From positions 35,719,669 to 35,762,203 of the forward strand of contig JBOZIK010000001.1 in assembly GCA_051453625.1 (NCBI GenBank): a stretch of DNA of 42,535 nt, given 5' to 3'. Of this stretch, positions 34,426 through 42,535 are shown in pieces. Within the stretch, counting starts at the first letter, position 1, and each line of letters opens with the position of its first letter. The notes beneath the pieces are model-generated. The model was not told the DNA's origin, ran no database searches, and saw only the letters and a program-made list of their open reading frames with translations. The position numbers and the translations under genes are program-made. The DNA is from Welwitschia mirabilis (Eukaryota).

Positions 34426-37400
34426 AGTGATATCAGAGCATAGAGAGCAGGTTGCAAGCGAAGCGTGCCTTTTGCGAGCACGCGAAGCGTGCTAGCGGCG
34501 AAGTTTTTAAGGGTTGCAGATTGAAGCACTAGGGTTTATACAAGATGGAATGCTTATCAACGACTGACAAATTGGTTAGAGTCGAGAACTGGGAAAATTG
34601 GAAAATCCTTATGGAGGATGTTCTTTTCTCAAAGGATTGCGATGTTCTCAAATCAAAGGGCAAAGTGAAAGCAGCATTTAGATTGTCAAATGCTGATTGG
34701 TTGAAGAAATACCCTAACAAAGAATAAGAAAACTCAACCAGAAAGCTCTCACCACAATCCGTCCGTGTCTTCACAATGGTATACTTGGAACGTACAAGGG
34801 AATCATCGAGGCGTATGTCTTATGGAAAACGTTGAATGAAAGGTATGACCAGCCCACTGGAATGAATAAATATTATACGATTAACAGAGCTTTCAAGATT
34901 AAAATGAAGGAAGGAATGTCTTTGCAAAGTCATTTGGATGAGATGAATGGCTTGTTTGCTCAGATCGATGATTTGGGTATAAATTTTGAAGAAGATCTTC
35001 GAGTTGTTGTTGTGTTGAGTTCCTTAGTAGAATCCTGGGGAACGGTTCGGACTCCCTTGACTGTTGCTTTTAGAATTTTACCATCTCTCAATACTGTTAT
35101 CTCAAAGTTGCTAGATGCAGAGAAGACTAAGATTGTAGATGCCCCAGGCGAAGCCTTGGCTATTAGAAAGAGCTGTTCCTATAAAAGAGACGATGTCCGT
35201 GGACGTAACAAGAGTAGAGGTAAATCTGTGGGCAGAAGTGTAGTTGTTTGCTGGTATTGTAAGAAGAAGGGTCAACTGCACAAGGACTGTTATCCCTTGA
35301 AAAATATGAAGAAAGATAAGAGACCTAAGAATAGCGGACAAAAGCAAGCAGAATCTGATGGAGATGTTTCAGTTGTGCTGATTGCTAGAGATGCAGATGC
35401 CAATGTCTCCATGTACTCTATTCCTGATGTATGGATTCTAGATTAAGGAGCTTCCTTCCACGTTTGTCCATAAGGAGATGACAAATCATCATGTTGATGG
35501 AAGCTAGAAAGTCAACAAAGGTGCGATGACACTAATGCATGGTAAGAAAGAAGGGAGATTGTATACATTGAGAGCACATGCAGTTGGAAGATGTGTTGCT
35601 GCTACAATTTCAGAGGACAATGTTTCTTTGTGGCATCACAGACTTGGTCGTCTTAGTGAAAGTGGAATGAAGGCACTTGTTTCTAAGATCCTATTACCTA
35701 AGTTTTCTTCAATTTCTCTAGATTTTTGTCATGATTGTGCTATTGATAAAAATAAGCATGTTGCTTTTAAGAAATCTGTTTTGAATAGGGACATAGGGNN
35801 NNNNNNNNACTTGATAGGATGGATTCTGGTGTTGTTGGTCCAATGTCTATCACATCTTTAGATGGTGCAGCATATGTCATTACATTCATTGATAGATTTA
35901 GCAGAAAGACATGGATTTATTTTATGCATTCCAAAAGTCAAGCATCAGAAAAGTTTAAGGAGCTTAGAGCTAGAGTGGAAAATGAATCTGGCTGTAAAAT
36001 AAAGTGTCTTATGACTGATAATGGGGCTGAATACACCTCCCATGATTTTTCTGAATTTTGCAAGGAGGCTGGAATTGTACATACCAAAACACCACCAAGA
36101 ACACTACAAAATAACGGTGTTGCAGAAAGNNNNNNNNNNNNNNNNNNNNNNNNNNNNNNNNNNNNNNNNNNNNNNNNNNNNNNNNNNNNNNNNNNNNNNN
36201 NNNNNNNNNNNNNNNNNNNNNNNNNNNNNGAAGATCTTCGGGTTGTTGTTGTGTTGAGTTCCTTACCAAAATCATAGGAAACAATTTAGACTACCTTGAT
36301 TGCTACTTCCAGAACTTTCCCATCTCTCAACACTATCATTTCAAAGTTGTTGAATGCAGATAAGACTAAAACTGTAGATGCCCCCAATGAAGCCTTCACT
36401 GTTCAAAAGGGTCATTCATATAGAAGAGACAATGTCCATGGACATAGCAAGAGCAGAAGTAAATTTGCTAGTAGAAGTGAAGCTGTTTGCTGGTATTATA
36501 AGAAGAAGGGTCATGTGCGCAAAGACTGTTATGCCTTGAAAAATAAGATGAAAGATAAGAAACCGCAGAACAGCAAACAAGAACAAGCAAAATCTGATAG
36601 AGAAGTTTCAGTCATGCTGATTGCTAGAGATGGAGATGCCAATGTCTCCATGTTCTCTACTGCTAATGTATGGATTCTAGATTCAGGAGCTTCCTTCCAT
36701 GTTTGTTCATATAGAGAATATTTTTTTTTATTACAAGCATGTTTATGGGAGAGAAGTCTTCCTAGGAGATGACAGATAATGCACAATTGAAGGAATTGGT
36801 GATGTCATTTTGAGACAGAGGAACGGATAGAGTGTGAGATTGAGGAATGTTTACTATGTTGTAGGTATTACAAAGAACTTAACCTCTTCTAGACAAGGAC
36901 AGTTGAATGATTTGGGTTGTAAAATTACTCATGTTGTTGGAAGCTGGAAAGTCAGCAACGGTGCAATGACACTAATGTATGGTAAGAAAGAAGGGTTGTT
37001 GTATACGTTGAGGGCACATGCAGTTGGAAGATGTGTTGCTGCTGCAATTTCAGAGGACATGTTTTTTGGTGGCGTCACAGACTTGGTCACCTTAGTGAAA
37101 CTGGAATGGAGATACTCATAGGATCGAGAACCCTAGAGGGGGGTTGAATAGGTTTTTTTTTAACAAATAAAACTAAGCATTCGAAATGAACCAATGATGT
37201 ATCAAAAACTTGCACAAAGTAATTCACTAGCTTAACCGTGCATGAGAAAACAAGCTAACTGAAGTAAAGAGAAAACTAACTAAAATCACAAAATACCAAA
37301 CAGATGTTCACATAGGATTTTACAGTGGTTCGGGCAACCCCCTACTCCACTCTCGATGATCAACTTATCTCCAAGCTTGATCCAGATCTTTGTTAATTCT

Positions 37401-38719
37401 TCCACGTATTGCAGGTTCACCTGTAACCTTTACGAACGGACTTTTGTAAACTCAGTCCCAACCTTCAGAGGATGTAACAGTGATGGTAAGAATGTCGTGA
37501 TGCACAAATCTCACTCGTTCTTGATTCAATAAATTTGATGGAGCTCTTCTCCTATAGACGTACAATAGATGAAGTACTAGATCTGACCTTGAATGTAGAA
37601 ATGATACAGACAATAGATCTTCCTTGGTCAGAAGTACAAATGCCAAGACTCAACAGTGAATATCACAAGATTACAGTGGTAGTTCCTTCGATCCAAAAGA
37701 TTGAAGCAATTGAAAATGGTTCCAAAGGGATTCTATAGTCATCTATCTCTTGGCTATTTATATTAGNNNNNNNNNNNNNNNNNNNNNNNNNNNNNNNNNN
37801 NNNNNNNNNNNNNNNNNNNNNNNNNNNNNNNNNNNNNNNNNNNNNNNNNNNNNNNNNNNNNNNNNNNNNNNNNNNNNNNNNNNNNNNNNNNNNNNNNNNN
37901 NNNNNNNNNNNNNNNNNNNNNNNNNNNNNNNNNNNNNNNNNNNNNNNNNNNNNNNNNNNNNNNNNNNNNNNNNNNNNNNNNNNNNNNNNNNNNNNNNNNN
38001 NNNNNNNNNNNNNNNNNNNNNNNNNNNGTCGCCCACTTGTCCTAATAAAGATCTTTCCAATTTCCAGCATAAGGTCCAGTCGACCCCTTCAAGTGTTTGG
38101 TCGACCCCATGACGATCAGCTTAGGAGTCTCAGCTGCACAGTGCTCAGGACTGGTCGACCCCATCATAGGTCTGGTTGACCCTTTGTCAATCAGTTCAGG
38201 AGTACTGTTCCTTGGTTCACAGATCTGATCGACCCCATCATAGATCCGGTTGACCCCTTGTCATTCAGTCTAGAGATATTATTTATCAGGTCCTCAAATC
38301 CGGTCGACCCCAGAAATGTCCAGTCAACCCCTTTCCATTCAGTTCAAGGACACTGGTTCTCGAGATTACAGGTCTGGTTGACCCCATCAAGAATCCAGTC
38401 GACCCCTCTGGATTCAACTCATTTTGTCTGTCTGCTTCAGGTGCGATCGACCCCTTCAAAGTCTGGTCGACTCCTCAAGAGGGAAAATGAATTGACAAGT
38501 TTCTAGTGCTCAAAATTCGATGGTTTTGGTTTCATCTTTAAACCTGCAAGCAATTAACATCTTCTACACAAGATACACAAAATTTGCCCTACAGAAAACA
38601 TTNNNNNNNNNNNNNNNNNNNNNNNNNNNNNNNNNNNNNNNNNNNNNNNNNNNNNNNNNNNNNNNNNNNNNNNNNNNNNNNNNNNNNNNNNNNNNNNNNN
38701 NNCTCCCCCTCGGGTGCTT

Positions 38720-39699
38720 CTTTGATCCTAACACCATGTGGCAATAAAAGAGGGATTCTTTGTTTTCCTGTTATCTCTTCTTGTGTTAGGGCACTCATTT
38801 GCCATATGACCAAATCCGTTGCATGAGTAGCATTGGATTTCTTTACCTTTTTCTTGCTCCTTTTTGTGTTTTAACTAACTCATTTTTGAGTTTCTACTTG
38901 ATTCTCCTTCCTTTTTCTTCTTATGTAGAAACTTTCTGAACCTTCTGGCTAGAAGAGCCACTTCATCATCGTCTAAGTCNNNNNNNNNNNNNNNNNNNNN
39001 NNNNNNNNNNNNNNNNNNNNNNNNNNNNNNNNNNNNNNNNNNNNNNNNNNNNNNNNNNNNNNNNNNNNNNNNNNNNNNNNNNNNNNNNNNNNNNNNNNNN
39101 NNNNNNNNNNNNNNNNNNNNNNNNNNNNNNNNNNNNNNNNNNNNNNNNNNNNNNNNNNNNNNNNNNNNNNNNNNNNNNNNNNNNNNNNNNNNNNNNNNNN
39201 NNNNNNNNNNNNNNNNNNNNNNNNNNNNNNNNNNNNNNNNNNNNNNNNNNNNNNNNNNNNNNNNNNNNNNNNNNNNNNNNNNNNNNNNNNNNNNNNNNNN
39301 NNNNNNNNNNNNNNNNNNNNNNNNNNNNNNNNNNNNNNNNNNNNNNNNNNNNNNNNNNNNNNNNNNNNNNNNNNNNNNNNNNNNNNNNNNNNNNNNNNNN
39401 NNNNNNNNNNNNNNNNNNNNNNNNNNNNNNNNNNNNNNNNNNNNNNNNNNNNNNNNNNNNNNNNNNNNNNNNNNNNNNNNNNNNNNNNNNNNNNNNNNNN
39501 NNNNNNNNNNNNNNNNNNNNNNNNNNNNNNNNNNNNNNNNNNNNNNNNNNNNNNNNNNNNNNNNNNNNNNNNNNNNNNNNNNNNNNNNNNNNNNNNNNNN
39601 NNNNNNNNNNNNNNNNNNNNNNNNNNNNNNNTAAGCAGAGTTTGACCCACCAAACATGGGTGGACAATCGGTGGAAAAACCATCAAATGGATTATTCAT
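38720..39699 (-). pseudogene. SIRE-type gag of the nested element (middle hidden by an N gap)
   Basis: N-terminal MNNPFDGFSTDCPPMFGGSN; C-terminal ALLARRFRKFL and a CCHC knuckle; followed directly by the PPT with no pol motifs. Confidence 0.8.
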
Positions 39700-40544
39700 T
39701 TTAGGGTTCTAAAGTTAAGATCTGTTAAAATCTAAATAAGACTTAACTTAGCTCTGATACCAATTGATAGGATCGAGAACCCTAGAGGGGGGTGAATAGG
39801 TTCTTTTTAACAAATAAAACTAAGCATTCTAAATGAACCAATGATATATCAAAAACTTGCACAAAGTAATTCACTAGCTTAAGCGTGCATGAGAAAACAA
39901 GCTAACTGAAGTAAAAAGAAAACTAACTAAAATCACAAAATACCAAACAGATGTGCACATAGGATTTTATAGTGGTTCGGGCAACCCCCTACTCCACTCT
40001 TGAGTATCAGCCTATCCCAAACTTGATCCGGATCTTTATTAACTCTTCCAGATATTGCAGGCTCATCTGTAACCTTTACAAACGGACTTTTGCAGGCTCA
40101 GTCCCAATGTTCAGAGGATGTAGCAGCGATGGTAAGAATGCCATGGTGCACAAATCTCACTCGTTCTTTGATTCAGTAGATTTGATGAAGCTCTTCTCCT
40201 GTAGACGTACAACAGATAAAGCACTTGGTCTGACCTTGAATGTAGAGATAATACAGACAATAGATCTTCCTTGGTCAGAAGTACAAATGCCAAGACTCAA
40301 CAATGAATATCACAAGATTACAGTGCTAGTTCCTTCGATCCAAAAGATTAACGCAATTGAAAATGGTTCCAAAAGGATTTTATAGTCATCGATCTCTTGG
40401 CTATTTATATTGGAAGGCTTTTAGGGTTTAGTACATTTGAAATGCGCTTCCCACGGCTATAAACAGCTAGAAAACGGCTATCTAATGGATACATAACGGA
40501 TATAAAAAGATAGAAAATTTTAGTTCCATTCTGTCCAGTCGGCC

Positions 40545-41097
40545 CCTCAAAAGTCCGGTCGACCCCATCTAGTGTCATGACTTACACAGGTCGCCCGAGT
40601 GAAAATTTCGGTCGCCCCAATTTCTTACGGCTTCATGTCCAGTCTACCCCATTTGGCTCCAGTCGACCCCAGTCCGATCGCCCGCTATAAATTCCGGTTG
40701 CCCACTATAAAATCTGGTTACCTGCGTGTCCCAATAAAGATCTTTCCAATTTCCAGCATCAAGTCTGATCGACCCCTTCAGGTGTCCGATCGACCCCATG
40801 ACGGTCGGCTTAGGAGTATCAACTACATAGTACTCAAGTTTGGTCGACCCCATCATAGGTCTGGTCAGCCCCTAGTCAATCGGTTCAGGAGTACTGTTCA
40901 TTGGTTCACAGATCTGGTCGACCCCATCATAGGTCCGGTCGACCCCTTGTCATTCAGTCCAGGGATACTGTTTATCAAGTCCTCAAATCCGGTCGACCCC
41001 ACAAATGTCTGGTCGACCCCTTTCCATTCGGTTCAGGGACACTGGTTCTTAAGGTTACAGGTCTGGTCGTCCCCATCAGGAGTCCAGTCGACCCCTC
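40545..41097. repeat. Array of palindromic GGTCGACC(CC) repeat motifs in the SIRE LTR U3
   Basis: Copies occur mostly in pairs ~20 bp apart with a ~74-bp period (40768/40788, 40842, 40916/40937, 40991/41011, 41065/41087); mirrored at 38075-38470. Confidence 0.88.
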
Positions 41098-42535
41098 TGG
41101 ATTTAGTTCATTTTGTCTGTCTACTTCAGNNNNNNNNNNNNNNNNNNNNNNNNNNNNNNNNNNNNNNNNNNNNNNNNNNNNNNNNNNNNNNNNNNNNNNN
41201 NNNNNNNNNNNNNNNNNNNNNNNNNNNNNNNNNNNNNNNNNNNNNNNNNNNNNNNNNNNNNNNNNNNNNNNNNNNNNNNNNNNNNNNNNNNNNNNNNNNN
41301 NNNNNNNNNNNNNNNNNNNNNNNNNNNNNNNNNNNNNNNNNNNNNNNNNNNNNNNNNNNNNNNNNNNNNNNNNNNNNNNNNNNNNNNNNNNNNNNNNNNN
41401 NNNNNNNNNNNNNNNNNNNNNNNNNNNNNNNNNNNNNNNNNNNNNNNNNNNNNNNNNNNNNNNNNNNNNNNNNNNNNNNNNNNNNNNNNNNNNNNNNNNN
41501 NNNNNNNNNNNNNNNNNNNNNNNNNNNNNNNNNNNNNNNNNNNNNNNNNNNNNNNNNNNNNNNNNNNNNNNNNNNNNNNNNNNNNNNNNNNNNNNNNNNN
41601 NNNNNNNNNNNNNNNNNNNNNNNNNNNNNNNNNNNNNNNNNNNNNNNNNNNNNNNNNNNNNNNNNNNNNNNNNNNNNNNNNNNNNNNNNNNNNNNNNNNN
41701 NNNNNNNNNNNNNNNNNNNNNNNNNNNNNNNNNNNNNNNNNNNNNNNNNNNNNNNNNNNNNNNNNNNNNNNNNNNNNNNNNNNNNNNNNNNNNNNNNNNN
41801 NNNNNNNNNNNNNNNNNNNNNNNNNATTCAACCTTGGATGGTGATATTCCAGAATTTGTCTAGAGTAGGAGTTCTCTTTCTTTGTCTCACCTGCATGTTT
41901 TTGGATGTTAGGTATACGTCCATTTGTAGAGTACATGAAAACTGGAAGAACGTGGCAGGAAATGTGTTTTTCTTGGCTATGGGGAAGATGATTTTGGATA
42001 CAAGCTTTGGAATCTTGTAGCACATAGGATTGTTAGATCACGTAACATTGAATTAAGAGAAGACGTGATGTTTTACAAGTCACAAGAGAGCATTCAGAAA
42101 AAAGAAAATTCTGATTCTCACAACCTACACAAGCTTGAACAAATTGTTGATGACAAAAAGCGAAGACAAATGGGGAAATAACCAACCTAAACTAAACCAG
42201 CCTGAAGAGGAAAGCTTAAGTTCTAAAACTGAATTTGAGTCTGATGATGATGGAACTGAAACCCCAGCCCATTGGGTTCATAGATCCACTAAAGTTACCA
42301 AGCAAATTGAAAGGTATTCGCTGTCTTTACATTATGTGTTGTTTACAAATAAGGAAGAACCTCAGGCCTTTGAAGAAGCTATTTCTTCTTCTGACTCTCA
42401 TAAATGGAAAGTTGCCATGGAAGAAGAATTGAAATCCCTCAAACATAATCATACTTGGGATTTGGTTCCCTTACCTAAAAGGAAAAGACTGTTAAGATCT
42501 AGGTGGGTGTATGTTATCAAACAAGAGGCTAAAAG

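Larger units (their letters stand above)
37116..41129 (-). mobile_element. Nested non-autonomous Sirevirus derivative: two ~1.5-kb LTRs around a ~1-kb gag-only internal region (right end lies in a gap)
   Basis: Homologous LTRs start (plus strand) at 37116 (TCATAGGATCGAGAACCCTAGAGGGGGG) and 39765 (TGATAGGATCG...); PBS 39751-39762; gag PPMFGGSN...DDEVALLARRFRKFL...CYSCNGFGHMANEC; CTCCCCCT PPT at 38703. Confidence 0.85.
34056..42535 (+). mobile_element. Ty1/copia (Tnt1/Tork-like) element running off the window end, interrupted by a nested SIRE derivative; gag-protease present twice across a gap
   Basis: LTR 34056-34425; PBS TGATATCAGAGC (34428-34439); gag WENWKILMEDVL, CWYCKKKGQLHKDC; WILDSGASFH; LWHHRLG; TDNGAEY; NNGVAE; after the nested element CVFLGYGEDDFGYKLW and RT start WKVAMEEELKSLKHNHTWDLVPLP. 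Confidence 0.92.

Overview
AT-rich plant nuclear DNA from a gapped draft assembly, made mostly of nested, decayed reverse-transcribing elements around one small host gene. From left to right: (1) ~0.14-4.3 kb, an unexplained module bounded by (TA)n tracts, with a perfect tRNA-iMet primer-binding site, divergent TATA boxes around a ~38-bp repeat array, and four degenerate ORFs on both strands, but no gag or pol; (2) a near-complete Sirevirus (Ty1/copia SIRE) on the minus strand, 4.76-15.24 kb, with an env-like ORF; (3) a CRM-type Ty3/gypsy integrase plus 3' LTR; (4) three further copia remnants; (5) a spliced minus-strand host gene of the small plant 'RPxRLGLGAK' (DUF3245-like) family whose first coding exon is tandemly duplicated; (6) a degenerate endogenous caulimovirid (MP-CP-AP-RT-RNase H plus a C-terminal extension) on the minus strand, 28.1-33.3 kb, with a convergent antisense ORF at its 3' side and an inverted, partly homologous second segment at its 5' side; (7) a Tnt1/Tork-like copia running to the window end, with a gag-only SIRE derivative nested inside it. 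The best novelty candidates are the RT-less ambisense PBS module and the antisense and domain-swapped segments next to the pararetrovirus. All calls come from motif recognition and manual translation; no searches were run.
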